Shown here one piece after another: positions 41,982 to 52,392 of a DNA stretch of 64,000 nucleotides (positions are counted from its first letter, which is position 1; each line of letters begins with the position of its first letter). The DNA comes from Candidatus Latescibacterota bacterium (lineage in GTDB: Bacteria > Krumholzibacteriota > Krumholzibacteriia > WVZY01 > JAKEHA01). Made by a program: the position numbers and the translations under genes. Below the pieces are notes generated by a model. It saw only the letters and a program-made list of their open reading frames with translations. It was not told where the DNA came from and made no database searches. The stretch spans positions 3,139,432-3,203,431 of the forward strand of contig OY970173.1 in the NCBI GenBank assembly GCA_963707635.1. The letters are read 5' to 3'.

Positions 41982-42887
41982 ATGGGCACGACCGGAAAAA
42001 GCCTCTTGTACGGACTGGTGGGCGATCCCGTCACGCACAGCCTCTCGCCGTTCATCATGAACCGCGCCTTCGAAGCCATGGGGCTGGACGCGATGTACGC
42101 CGCGTTCGGCGTCCGCCCCGAGCGCCTGGCCGCGTCGATCGCCGGGCTCGCCTCGATGGGGGTCGCCGGCCTCAACGTGACCTTTCCTTATAAGGAAGAA
42201 GTGCTCTACCATGTGCACGCGATCTCCTCGGAGGCCGAGACCATCAACGCGATCAACACCATCGCCTTCTTCGACGACGAGATCCACGGGTTCAACACCG
42301 ACGCGCCGGGAACCGCGACCGCGCTGGAGACGTTCAGCGACGCGACCGTGGAGGGCGCGCGCGTATTCATCTACGGCGTGGGCGCCTCCGCGCGCGCGGC
42401 CGCATACGGCCTGCTCGAGCGCGGCGCCGCGCATGTGACCTTCGCGGTGCGGTCACCGGAGAACGGGCCCATGATCGCGGAACGCTTTCGCTACGCGTTC
42501 CCCGAGCAGGAGGTCGAGTTCGTGAAGCTCGCCTCCCCCGACGACCTCGCGCGGCGACGAGACGCCTTCCAGGGCGCCACCATCGTGGTCAACGCCACCC
42601 CGGTCGGCATGGCCGGGCGCGGCGTCGAGGAGCTGATCGAGGACGGCTCATGGGTGCGCGCGGAGCAGACGTTTTTCGACTTCGTCTATCACCCCCGGCG
42701 CACCGCGTTCCTCGAGACCGCACGGCGCGGCGGCGCGCGCACGCTCGGCGGCATCGCACTGCTGGTGGCGCAGGCCGCGGAGAGCTTTCGCATCTGGACC
42801 GACCAGGGGTTCGATATCAAGGAAATGGCCGAGGCCGTGGAAGAATTCTCGAAGACGGATTCGCCTGACGGCGGGAGAGTAAACTGA
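41982..42887 (+). CDS. aroE: Shikimate dehydrogenase
   Basis: HSLSP, NVTFPYK, AINT, NTD, NATPVGM, DFVYHP. Confidence 0.92.
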   Translation: MGTTGKSLLYGLVGDPVTHSLSPFIMNRAFEAMGLDAMYAAFGVRPERLAASIAGLASMGVAGLNVTFPYKEEVLYHVHAISSEAETINAINTIAFFDDEIHGFNTDAPGTATALETFSDATVEGARVFIYGVGASARAAAYGLLERGAAHVTFAVRSPENGPMIAERFRYAFPEQEVEFVKLASPDDLARRRDAFQGATIVVNATPVGMAGRGVEELIEDGSWVRAEQTFFDFVYHPRRTAFLETARRGGARTLGGIALLVAQAAESFRIWTDQGFDIKEMAEAVEEFSKTDSPDGGRVN

Positions 42888-42927
42888 TGGCACGGGCAAC
42901 GCATGCAACCAGGTTGGTAGCCAAGCC

Positions 42928-44070
42928 ATGACCATTCGCTTCCTCACTGCCGGAGATTCACACGGCGAGGCTTTGGTCGGAATAGTGGAGGGGATTCCGG
43001 CCGGCGTGCGCTTCGACGGACAGACGATCCAGCGCGAGCTGGCGCGACGGCGGAAGGCGTACGGACGCAGCAGCCGGCAGAAGCTCGAGGAAGACGACGT
43101 GTCGCTGTTCGGGGGATTGTGGAAGGGCAAGACCACGGGCGCGCCCATCGGCATCCTGCTCCCGAATCGCGCGCGCACGGTGCAGGGCAAGACGGGCGGC
43201 GCCCTCGGCACGGTGCCCCGCCCGGGACACGCGGACCTGGCGGGCGCGCTCAAGTACGGGTTCGACGAGATCCCGCCCGTCTCCGAGCGCGCGAGCGCGC
43301 GCAGTACCACCATGCGCGTCGCGATCGGCGCGATCGCGAAGGCGTGTCTGAAGCCCCTCGGTGTCGAGACCATCGGCCACGTGCTTTCGATCGGCGAGGT
43401 CACCGCGCCGCGGGGTGAACTCTCGCCGCGCGAGCTTCGTATGCGCGCGGAGAAGTCGCCGGTGTACTGCGCTCACGCTGCGTCGAGCCGGAAGATGGTC
43501 CGCGAGATCCAGCAGGGCAAATCCGAAGGCAACTCGCTCGGCGGCTCGGTCGAGGTGATCGTGACCGGCCTCTTCCCCGGCCTCGGCAGCTACGTCGAAT
43601 GGGACCGCCGCCTCGACGGGCGCCTCGCCGGCGCGATGATGAGCATCCACAGCGTCAAGGCGATCGAGGTGGGCGACGGTTTTTCCACCCACCGCTCCCG
43701 CGGCATCGACGCGCAGGACGCGATGACGCTCAAGCGCGGCCGGATCGTGCGCGCGACCAATCACGCCGGCGGGATCGAGGGCGGCATGACCAACGGCGAG
43801 GATGTGGTGGTGCGCCTCTACGCGAAGCCCATCCCGACCGCCGCGCGCCGCGCGCGCACCTTCGATCTCAAGACGCTCGCCGCCACCGACAGCCCGTACG
43901 TCCGCTCCGATATCTGCGTGATCCCGGTGCTGGCTGTGATCGCAGAGTCGGTAGCGGCGTGGGAAATGCTCCGCGCGATAATGGAGAAACTCGGCGGCGA
44001 TACCATCGGCGACACCATCGCCGCCCGCGACCGCGTGGTCAAATCGATCGCAACGAGGCTCAAGCGATGA
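42928..44070 (+). CDS. aroC: Chorismate synthase
   Basis: TAGDSHG, PRPGHAD, ERASAR, NHAGGIEGGMTNG, KPIPT, RSD.C. Confidence 0.95.
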   Translation: MTIRFLTAGDSHGEALVGIVEGIPAGVRFDGQTIQRELARRRKAYGRSSRQKLEEDDVSLFGGLWKGKTTGAPIGILLPNRARTVQGKTGGALGTVPRPGHADLAGALKYGFDEIPPVSERASARSTTMRVAIGAIAKACLKPLGVETIGHVLSIGEVTAPRGELSPRELRMRAEKSPVYCAHAASSRKMVREIQQGKSEGNSLGGSVEVIVTGLFPGLGSYVEWDRRLDGRLAGAMMSIHSVKAIEVGDGFSTHRSRGIDAQDAMTLKRGRIVRATNHAGGIEGGMTNGEDVVVRLYAKPIPTAARRARTFDLKTLAATDSPYVRSDICVIPVLAVIAESVAAWEMLRAIMEKLGGDTIGDTIAARDRVVKSIATRLKR

Positions 44071-45767
44071 CCCGTTCGAAGGTGGGCACTCACGAGAAAG
44101 TCAAACCGCCGGTGGTGGTCCTGTGCGGCTTCATGGGAACCGGCAAGACCGCCGCAGGACGCGCCCTGGCCGCCATGCTCGAGGTGCCGCTTATCGACTC
44201 CGACGCCATCGTCGAGTCGCGCGCCGGGTGCACGATCGCCGAGATTTTCGCGCGCGACGGCGAAGACCGCTTTCGCGACCTCGAAGCCGACGCGTGCGCG
44301 TCGCTGGACGTGACGCATGGCGCGGTGGTCGCGATCGGCGGCGGCGCGCTCGAACGCGAGGCCACGTTCAAGGCACTCGAGAAGCTGGGCACGATGGTGC
44401 TGCTCGAGGCGCCGATCGACGTGATCGTAAGACGGACCGCGGAGACCTCCACCCGCCCCCGGCTTCCCGTGGACGCGAACGGTGTCGTGGACATGGACCG
44501 CATCGCCGCACTCTACGACGAGCGGCGGTCCACCTATCACCGCATCCGCTGGCGCGTCGACACCTCGCGCTGCTCGCCCGGGGAAGTGGCGTTCGAGATC
44601 GCGGAGCAGCTTCGCCACCGCGAGCGCATCATCCACCTGCGAGTCGAGACTCGGCCGGTCCCGGGCTACACGCTGCGCCCCGGGGAAGGGCGGCTCTCGC
44701 GAATCGTGCTCGGGCGCGGCGGGATTGCGTCGCTGGGCCGATGGATCCGCGAGATCGGCGTCGCGGGCCCCGTGTTCGTGCTGGCGTCGCGGCGCGTCGC
44801 GGGTCACCACGGGACACGCGTCAAAGGCGTCATCGACAAGTCCGGACTCTACAGCCGCTTCGTCGAAGTAGAAGACAACGAGGAGTCGAAAACGCTCGAC
44901 CAGGCGGAGCGGTTGACGTATGAGCTGACCGACGCCGGCGCCACCCGCGACAGCGCCGTGGTAGCACTCGGGGGCGGCGTCACCGGCGATCTGGCCGGCT
45001 TCGTGGCGGCGACCTTCATGCGCGGGATTCCGTTCGTGCAGGTGCCGACCACGCTCCTCGCCCAGGTGGACGCGAGCATCGGCGGCAAAGTCGGCGTCAA
45101 CCACCCGCGCGCGAAAAATCTGATCGGCGCCATTTATCAGCCCCACCTCGTGATCGCGGACGTCGAGCTGCTCACCACGCTTTCCGATCGCGACCTCGCG
45201 AGCGGCATGGCGGAAGTGATCAAGACGGCGATCATCGGTTCCCCGGGTTTGTTCGAGCAACTGGTGACGCGCGCGTCCGATCGCCGCGCCGCGATGGTGC
45301 GCGACGTCGAGCTCTTGGAGAATTGCGTGGCCACCTGCGCCGAAGTGAAGGCGCGCATCGTCGAAGCGGATCCCTACGAGCACGATCTGCGCCGCGTGCT
45401 CAACCTCGGCCATACCGTCGGCCACGCGCTCGAGGCGGCGGCCGGCTTCGGCGTCCTGACCCATGGAGAGGCGGTGGCGCTGGGAATGCTGGCGTCCGTG
45501 CGCCTCGCCGTGAAACGAAACCACGCCACCCGGGACTTCGAGACCGCGCTGCGGCGCACCATCGAAGCGTGCGGGCTTTCCTTGAAAGCACCGGTGGTCG
45601 AACGCGAAGCGCTCGTGCGAGCCATGGCCAGCGACAAGAAGCGCCGCGCGTCCGGGCTCGCGTTCATTCTCCCCGTCGCGCCCGGCGACGTCCGCATCGT
45701 GAACGACGTCGAGCCGGATGAGATCCTCACCGCCATGGACGAATCGCAGGAAGGAAAACCGACATGA
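44067..45767 (+). CDS. aroKB: Bifunctional shikimate kinase / 3-dehydroquinate synthase
   Basis: N-terminal GFMGTGKT, GEDRFR, RPRL. C-terminal GGGVTGD, PTTLLAQVDASIGGK, LNLGHTVGHALE, HGEAV. One continuous frame. Confidence 0.92.
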   Translation: MTRSKVGTHEKVKPPVVVLCGFMGTGKTAAGRALAAMLEVPLIDSDAIVESRAGCTIAEIFARDGEDRFRDLEADACASLDVTHGAVVAIGGGALEREATFKALEKLGTMVLLEAPIDVIVRRTAETSTRPRLPVDANGVVDMDRIAALYDERRSTYHRIRWRVDTSRCSPGEVAFEIAEQLRHRERIIHLRVETRPVPGYTLRPGEGRLSRIVLGRGGIASLGRWIREIGVAGPVFVLASRRVAGHHGTRVKGVIDKSGLYSRFVEVEDNEESKTLDQAERLTYELTDAGATRDSAVVALGGGVTGDLAGFVAATFMRGIPFVQVPTTLLAQVDASIGGKVGVNHPRAKNLIGAIYQPHLVIADVELLTTLSDRDLASGMAEVIKTAIIGSPGLFEQLVTRASDRRAAMVRDVELLENCVATCAEVKARIVEADPYEHDLRRVLNLGHTVGHALEAAAGFGVLTHGEAVALGMLASVRLAVKRNHATRDFETALRRTIEACGLSLKAPVVEREALVRAMASDKKRRASGLAFILPVAPGDVRIVNDVEPDEILTAMDESQEGKPT

Positions 45768-46261
45768 AGATTCTCGTGATCCACGGTCCCAATCTGAATC
45801 TCCTCGGCACGCGCGAGCCGGAGATCTACGGAACGCTATCGCTCGCGAAGGTCGATGCGATGCTGCTGGAGCACGGCCACGAGCTGGACATCGAAATCGA
45901 GACCTTCCAGAGCAACCATGAGGGCGCGATCGTCGACCGCATCCAGGAAGCCGCAGCGGCGAATGTCGCCGCCATCGTGCTGAACCCCGGCGCCTACACC
46001 CACACGAGCATGGCCATCGCGGATGCGATCCGCGCCGTCAAGACGCCCGTTGTCGAAGTCCACTTGAGCAACCTGTATGCGCGCGGTGTGGAGCGCCACA
46101 CGTCGGTCACCGCGGCGGCGTGTCGTGGAATCATCAGCGGCTTCGGCGTGGCGAGTTACCTGCTGGGGATCGAAGCCGCGCGCGCGCTGGCAACGCCGAG
46201 CCGGTCGCGACGAGCCGTCGCGAAGCCCGCACGGGAGCGTCGACGTCGAGCGAGGCGGTGA
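45764..46261 (+). CDS. aroQ: Type II 3-dehydroquinate dehydratase
   Basis: HGPNLNLLGTREPEIYG, QSNHEG, NPGAYTHTS, EVHLSN. Confidence 0.96.
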   Translation: MKILVIHGPNLNLLGTREPEIYGTLSLAKVDAMLLEHGHELDIEIETFQSNHEGAIVDRIQEAAAANVAAIVLNPGAYTHTSMAIADAIRAVKTPVVEVHLSNLYARGVERHTSVTAAACRGIISGFGVASYLLGIEAARALATPSRSRRAVAKPARERRRRARR

Positions 46262-46368
46262 CCGGACCGACCCAATAATTGAAGATTCCCCGTCTTCTAA
46301 GCGGTCCGGGGCGTCGCTGCCAGCTCCGTAACACTAAGTTCTTAATAGCCTTCCATACTTTCTTCCCC

Positions 46369-46417
46369 TTGTGACACTTTTCCCTTGTCACTAGTAAAAG
46401 ATATTTATATCCTGATA
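46369..46417 (+). promoter_or_regulatory. AT-rich regulatory region of the rrf2-nos cluster with two inverted repeats
   Basis: GTGACA-N9-TGTCAC (46371-46391) and GATAT-TT-ATATC (46400-46411). Confidence 0.5.
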
Positions 46418-46452
46418 TGTGTATTAGACACCCAAGCAGGAGGTAGCCCGAC

Positions 46453-46920
46453 ATGCTCACCCGATCCGGCGTCCACGCGATACGCGCCCTGGTAGTGCTG
46501 GCCTCCCAGAAGCCCGGTGAGTACTGCGGCACCTCCGCGATCGCCGCCGCCACCGAAGCGCCGCGCAACTACCTCGGGAAGATCCTCTTCACCCTCTCGC
46601 GCCGCGGTCTCGTCGAGTCCCAGAAAGGACTCGGCGGCGGCTTCCGTCTCTCCCGCAGCCCCGAGAAGATTTCGCTCTACGACGTCGTGGAGTCCATCGA
46701 AGACGTCGCGCGCTGGAAGGAATGCGCATTCGGTGGCAAGGCCTGCTCGGACGAGTCCCCGTGCGTCATCCACACCCGCTGGGGCCACGTCCGCGACGCC
46801 TACCTGTCGCTGCTCAAGAACACCTCGGTTGCGGAGCTGGTGGTGTCCGGCGCGCTGATCAGCGTGCCGAACGACGGACCCGCGCTGGTTGAATCGAACC
46901 CTCAAAGGAGACTGCAATGA
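46453..46920 (+). CDS. Rrf2 family transcriptional regulator with three Cys (putative Fe-S sensor)
   Basis: AIRAL, YLGKIL..L...GLVES.KG.GGGF.L, CAFGGKACSDESPCVIH; AGGAGG RBS. Confidence 0.92.
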   Translation: MLTRSGVHAIRALVVLASQKPGEYCGTSAIAAATEAPRNYLGKILFTLSRRGLVESQKGLGGGFRLSRSPEKISLYDVVESIEDVARWKECAFGGKACSDESPCVIHTRWGHVRDAYLSLLKNTSVAELVVSGALISVPNDGPALVESNPQRRLQ

Positions 46921-47507
46921 ACGGCCGCTATTCTCTCATCCTGATACTTCTCTCTTTGAGCTTGAGTCTGGCGGCGTGCGGCGCCAAGAACAACTCGTCC
47001 TGGTCGACCGCGGTCGCGCCGAGTGGAACGGAGCAGCCCGTGATCGTGGGCGGCATGCCGCTAACCACCGTCCCGGGCGGCGAAGGGCTCCTGAAGGCCG
47101 ATGCGGTCAGCCACAGCAAGGGCGTCGGCCCGGTCAAGCACGTCGACATGGCGTCGCTCGACGCCTCGCGCGCGCCGGTGGGCGAAGAGCTCTTCAAGGT
47201 GAAGTGTTCCGCCTGCCACAAGCTCGCCGAGCGCTACATCGGCCCGGCCCTGGCGGGTGTGACCCAGCGGCGCGAGCCCGAGTGGATCCTGAATCAGATC
47301 CTCAACCCCGAAGTCATGATCGTGGAGGATCCGGTCTCGAAGGCGCTCCTCGCCGAGTACATCGCGCCCATGGCGAATCAGCACCTGACCCGCGACGAGG
47401 CCGAATCGATCCTGGTCTATTTCCGTGAGTACGACGCTGCCCCGCCCGCGCCGGTCGAGACCCCGGCGGCGGACGCCGGCACGGCCACAACGACAATCAG
47501 CAAGTAG
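46917..47507 (+). CDS. Monoheme c-type cytochrome lipoprotein (nos-associated)
   Basis: Lipobox LAAC, CSACH heme motif, GPALAGVT, distal Met in APMANQ. Confidence 0.88.
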   Translation: MNGRYSLILILLSLSLSLAACGAKNNSSWSTAVAPSGTEQPVIVGGMPLTTVPGGEGLLKADAVSHSKGVGPVKHVDMASLDASRAPVGEELFKVKCSACHKLAERYIGPALAGVTQRREPEWILNQILNPEVMIVEDPVSKALLAEYIAPMANQHLTRDEAESILVYFREYDAAPPAPVETPAADAGTATTTISK

Positions 47508-47583
47508 CAACCGTAACCGCCCGGCCGGCACTCCGCCGGCCGGCAGACCTCGCCCGAGGTCATACCAAAGGAGGATCAGTCGC

Positions 47584-49539
47584 ATGAAACGCCCATCACG
47601 CGCAATCATGTGGGGCGCAGCGATCGTCGCCGTCGCGGCCGTCGCCGTGCTATCCACGTTTTGCGCCAAACCCATGACGACCGCCATGTCGTCCGGCGCG
47701 GGGAAGACCTTTGTCGCCCCGGGCACGTACGACGATTTCTACGCGTTCATGTCCGGTGGCTTCAGCGGACAGGTCAGCGTCTACGGCCTCCCGTCCGGTC
47801 GCCTGCTCAAGGTGCTGCCGGTGTTCTCGCAGAATGCCGAGAACGCCTACGGCTACAGCGAAGAGACCAAGCCGATGCTGATGACGTCCTACGGGTTCAT
47901 CCCCTGGGACGATTCGCACCACACCGAGCTTTCCCAGACCAACGGCGTCTACGACGGACGCTGGCTGTTCATCAACGGCAACAACACGCCGCGCATCGCG
48001 CGCCTGGACCTCTCGACGTTCGAGACCGACGAGATCATCGAGATTCCAAACGCGGGCGGCAACCACGCGTCCCCGTTTATCACCATGAACACCGAGTACG
48101 CGGTGTCGTCGACGCGTTTCAGCCTGCCCATTCCGCAGGCGGATGTCGCGATCGCTGACTATGCCAAGAAGTTCAAAGGCACGATCTCGTTCGTCAAGGT
48201 GTCGCCCGACGGGACGATGAACCTCGCGTTCCAGATTCTGGTGCCCGGGTTCAACTATGACCTCTCGCACGCGGGCAAGGGACCGTCGCACGGCTGGTGC
48301 TTCTTCACCACCTACAACACCGAGCAGGCGAGCACGCTGCTCGAGGTCAACGCGTCGAAGAACGACAAGGACTTCGTCGCCGCGGTCAACTGGAAGAAGG
48401 CGGAAGAGTACGTGGCGCAGGGCAAGGCCCACACGTGGCCCACGAAGTACTACCACAACTGGATGGACCACTCGACCCAGAGTGCGAAATCCGAAGTGAT
48501 CAGCGAAGTCAAAGTGCTCGATCCGGCGGAGTGCCCGGGCATCATCTACTACCTCCCGACTCCAAAGTCGCCACACGGCGTCGACGTGGACCCGACCGGC
48601 GAGTACATCGCCATGGGCGGCAAGCTCGCCACCGTGATTCCGGTGCATTCGTTCACGAAGATGCTCAAAGCGATCGAGGACAAGGCCTTCGAGGGCGAAG
48701 TCGACGGCATTCCCATGCTCAAGTACGACGCCGTGATCGCGGGCGAGGTCCAGAATCCGGGCCTCGGGCCGTTGCACACCGAGTTCGACGGCGAGGGCTA
48801 CGCCTACACCTCGGCGTTCATCTCCTCGGAGATCGTGAAGTGGAAACTCGGCACGTGGGAAGTCGTGGACCGCATCCCGGTCTACTACTCGATCGGCCAC
48901 CTGATGATCCCGGGCGGCGACACCATGAAGCCATGGGGCAAGTACGTGATCGCCCTCAACAAGATGACCAAGGACCGCTACCTGCCCACGGGGCCGGAGC
49001 TGACCCAGTCGGCACAAATGATCGATATCACCGGCAACAAGATGGAGATGCTGCTGGACTTCCCGACCATCGGCGAGCCGCACTACGCGCAGGCGATCCC
49101 CGCGGACATCGTGATGAAGAACTCCAAGAAGTTCTACGAGCTGTCCGCGAATCAGCACCCTTACGGGATCAAGAGCGAGGCCGAGGCCGGCGTCGAGCGC
49201 AAGGGCAACGAGGTCCACGTGCGGATGTCGACGATTCGCTCCCACTTCAAGCCCGACAACATCGAGGGCGTGAAGATGGGTGACGTCGTCTACTTCCATG
49301 TCACCAACCTCGAGCAGGACTGGGACGTCCCGCACGGCTTCGCCGTGCTGGGCTCGGGCAATTCCGAATTGCTCGTCATGCCGGGGCAGACCCGGACCAT
49401 CACGTGGAAACCGGACCGCGAAGGCGTGTTCCCGTTCTACTGCACCGATTTCTGCTCGGCGCTCCACCAGGAGATGTCGGGCTACGTGCGCGTTTCCGGG
49501 AAGAATTCCAACGTGCAGCTTTCGCAGAACAGCAGGTGA
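47584..49539 (+). CDS. nosZ: Nitrous-oxide reductase, clade II (Sec-dependent)
   Basis: CuZ His motifs DSHH, GNH, PHG, GPLH, IGH, EPH. CuA motif H...CTDFCSALHQEM. No twin-Arg signal. Confidence 0.96.
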   Translation: MKRPSRAIMWGAAIVAVAAVAVLSTFCAKPMTTAMSSGAGKTFVAPGTYDDFYAFMSGGFSGQVSVYGLPSGRLLKVLPVFSQNAENAYGYSEETKPMLMTSYGFIPWDDSHHTELSQTNGVYDGRWLFINGNNTPRIARLDLSTFETDEIIEIPNAGGNHASPFITMNTEYAVSSTRFSLPIPQADVAIADYAKKFKGTISFVKVSPDGTMNLAFQILVPGFNYDLSHAGKGPSHGWCFFTTYNTEQASTLLEVNASKNDKDFVAAVNWKKAEEYVAQGKAHTWPTKYYHNWMDHSTQSAKSEVISEVKVLDPAECPGIIYYLPTPKSPHGVDVDPTGEYIAMGGKLATVIPVHSFTKMLKAIEDKAFEGEVDGIPMLKYDAVIAGEVQNPGLGPLHTEFDGEGYAYTSAFISSEIVKWKLGTWEVVDRIPVYYSIGHLMIPGGDTMKPWGKYVIALNKMTKDRYLPTGPELTQSAQMIDITGNKMEMLLDFPTIGEPHYAQAIPADIVMKNSKKFYELSANQHPYGIKSEAEAGVERKGNEVHVRMSTIRSHFKPDNIEGVKMGDVVYFHVTNLEQDWDVPHGFAVLGSGNSELLVMPGQTRTITWKPDREGVFPFYCTDFCSALHQEMSGYVRVSGKNSNVQLSQNSR

Positions 49540-49544
49540 TTCGA

Positions 49545-50051
49545 ATGAAGTCGCAGACGAGACTCTCCAGAACTTCAACGATCGCGATGTGGGCGTCGGC
49601 AGTGCTGCTGCTCGGTGTCTTCGTCTTCCCGCTGTGGGTGATCGGCCTTCAGGCGCCGCAGTACCCGCAGGGGCTCGGACTCAACATCTGGATCAACCGG
49701 ATCGAAGGAAAGACTCCCTACGATCTGCAGAACATCAATGGGCTCAACCATTACATTGGGATGCAGAAGATCGAGCCGGAGTCGATTCCCGAACTCCATT
49801 ACATGAAGTACTTCGCGATGGGCCTCGTCGCCTTCGCTGCGCTGGTGGCGTGGTCGCGACGCCGGTGGCTCCTGGTCACGTGGGCCGTCGTCGCGGTCGC
49901 TCTGGCCGGCCTGGGTCTGTACGACTTCTGGAAATGGGAGTACGCCTACGGGCACAACCTCGATCCCGCGGCGGCGGTCAAGATCCCCGGCATGTCGTTC
50001 CAGCCGCCCTTGATCGGCGCGAAACAGCTCGCCAACTTCCGGGCCACCTCC
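49545..50051 (+). CDS. nosB: Clade II nos membrane protein NosB, 3'-truncated at a junction
   Basis: PLW.I.L.APQYP.GL, INGLNHYIGM, YGHNLDP, QPPLIG.KQL.NF. The expected final TM helix is missing. Confidence 0.8.
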
Positions 50052-51182
50052 GGATTACTCACGATAATCGCCGTCGGGCTAAGGCCGCGAACCTGCTCGG
50101 CGTGCATGTATCGAGAAGAATCGGCGGCAAGGGTTTCTCGCACTTCGAGCAGGCCGTGGTCTTCGAGGCAGCCGGCTACTCCATTCTCGGCCCCATCGCC
50201 CTGCACTTTCATGCGCCCGACGAGGGCAATATTCATCTGCTCGACGTGGTGGCGACACCGGCCCAACGCGAGAAAGTACCTGAAGCGCGCTCGCCACCGG
50301 CGAGGTACGCTCTTGCTTCGCCATGACAGAACCCGACGGCGGCGCCGGCGCCGACCCGGCGATGCTGAAGGTGCGTGCAGATCCCGACGGCAACGGCTTC
50401 GTCATCAACGGCCGCAAATGGCTGATCACCGGAGCCGAGGGCGCGGCGTTCGCCATCATCATGGCTCGCACCGGCGACGGACCGGGCGACGCCACCATGT
50501 TCCTGACCGAGTTGCCCAACCCCGCGTTCAAGATCAGCCGCGTGCTGGGCACCATGGACTCGAGCTTCATGGGCGGGCACGCGGTGGTCGATATCGAGAA
50601 CTTGCGCGTCTCCGGTGACGACGTGCTGGGCGAAGTAGGTCAAGGCTTTCGCTATGCTCAGGTGCGGCTGGCGCCGGCCAGGCTGACGCACTGCATGCGC
50701 TGGCTCGGCTCCGCCATTCGCGCCCACGACATTGCCACCGAGTACGCGCGCAAGCGCATGTCGTTCGGCAAACCGCTCGGCGAGCATCAGGGCGTGAGCT
50801 TCATGCTGGCCGACAACGCCATGGACATTCACATGTGCGCTTGCGCATCTGGCGCACGGCCTGGTTGCTGGATCAAGGCAAGCGTGCGTCCAGCGAAAGC
50901 TCCATGACCAAGGTGTTCTGCTCGGAGGCGATCTTCCGCATCGTCGATCGCTCGCTGCAGATCCTCGGCGGTACCGGGATTACCAGCGACACGGTGGTCG
51001 AGCGTATCTTTCGCGATGTGCGCGCCTTCCGTATCTACGGTCCCTCCGAAGTGCACCGCCACGCGCTGGGGCGTCGCGAGGTGAAGGGGGAGCAGGCGCG
51101 AGAGGAGTGGGACAAGGGCGTGCTTCGAGATCGACACGCCGCTTCGCCAACCTCCGTCACCGCCGCGCCTGCGCGGGGATGA
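50052..51182 (+). CDS. Acyl-CoA dehydrogenase (5'-truncated, several frameshifts)
   Basis: APDEGNIHLL, FAMTEP, INGRKWLITG, RLAPARLTHCMR, R.SFGK.L.EHQG, RAFRIY.GPSEVH, spread across frames. Confidence 0.85.
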
Positions 51183-51246
51183 CGGCTGCGGGTGGGCGGC
51201 ACCTGCAATGGCGATTAGACTGCATGTGATTAGAGGAGACCGTGAC

Positions 51247-52077
51247 ATGCGCCACGTCACTCTCGCCAATGGCACGAAGGTCCCCGCGCTCGGACTCGGG
51301 GCACCTGGCACATGGGGCGGCGCAGCCACAGCCGCGCCGCCGAGGTGAAAGCCCTGCGGCGCGGTCTCGATCTCGGCCTCAAGCTGATCTCGATACCGCC
51401 GAGATGTATGCCGAGCGCGGTGCCGAGGAGGTGGTGGCCGAGGCGATCGCCGGCCGTCGCGAAGAGTGTCCATGTCGTCACCAAGGTCTATCCGCACAAC
51501 GCCAGCCGCACCGACATCGTGGCGCCTGCGAGCGCAGTCTCCATCGGCTCAACACCGGGCGCATCGATCTCTACCTGCTGCACTGGCGCGGCCAGATTCG
51601 TCGAGGAACATGGTCGAGGCGTTCGAGCGGCTAAGGGCAAGGCAAGATCGCCATTGCAGCGACGCAACTTCGACACCGACGACATGGCCGAGCTGCGCCG
51701 GCGTGGCGCAGCCCGGCGCGCTCACCAATCAGGTGCTCTACCACCCGGCAGCAGAGGCATCGAGTTCGACCTGCTGCCGGCCTGCGCCCGCGACGGCGTC
51801 TCGGTCATGGCCTATTCGCCGCCTGCTGGGCCAGGGCGAGGTGCTGGACAATCCGGTCCTGGTGATGATCGCCAAGGCGCGCGGCCTGATGCCCGCGACG
51901 GTCGCGCTCGCCGTGCTGCGCCAGCCGGGGGTGATCGCGATCCCCAAGGCGGCGCGGATCGAGCACGTCGAAGCCGATGCCGCCGCGCAGGACCTGGTGC
52001 TGGAGCTGGCTGAGCTGGCCGCGCTCGACAAGGCATTCCTGCTGCCGCGCAGGAAAGGGCCGCTGGGGATGTTGTGA
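51247..52077 (+). CDS. Aldo/keto reductase (several frameshifts)
   Basis: MRHVTLANGTKVPALG.GTW, DTAEMY, VTKVYP, IDLYLLHWRG, NQVLYH, MAYSP, AIPKA, spread across frames. Confidence 0.8.
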
Positions 52078-52099
52078 GCTGGCGAGCAATCGCAATCCA

Positions 52100-52230
52100 G
52101 AAGGCCAGATACGACTTCGCCACGAGCCATCCGGAGATCCATGCGTGGCTCGGCCGCGTGGCGGCGCTGCCCGGTTGGCGCCCGCGCTACGAGCTGTTGC
52201 CGGGGCCGCGGCTGCGACGGTCAAGGTGAC
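52100..52230 (+). pseudogene. Possible glutathione S-transferase C-terminal fragment
   Basis: Translates as YDFATSHPEIHAWLGRVAALPGWRPRYELLPG, with no N-terminal part present. Confidence 0.4.
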
Positions 52231-52392
52231 CCGGCGGGCAGGCCGGCAACGAACCGCCACGACCGCTGATCCTGCCGGTCGGGCCGGCCGCTGTGCGTTT
52301 CCTCACACCCGCCGCGCCGGCAACGGGCTATAAGTCTGGCTGAGACCGCAAGCGTCCGGCTGGGTGCTGCGACCCGTAGGCGAGGCATTGGC

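Noticed and set aside
49404..50618. 404-aa NosB with a novel C-terminal extension, or a nos cluster naturally lacking nosDFYL
   Set aside because: The extension is out-of-frame acyl-CoA dehydrogenase sequence beyond the probable chimeric junction.
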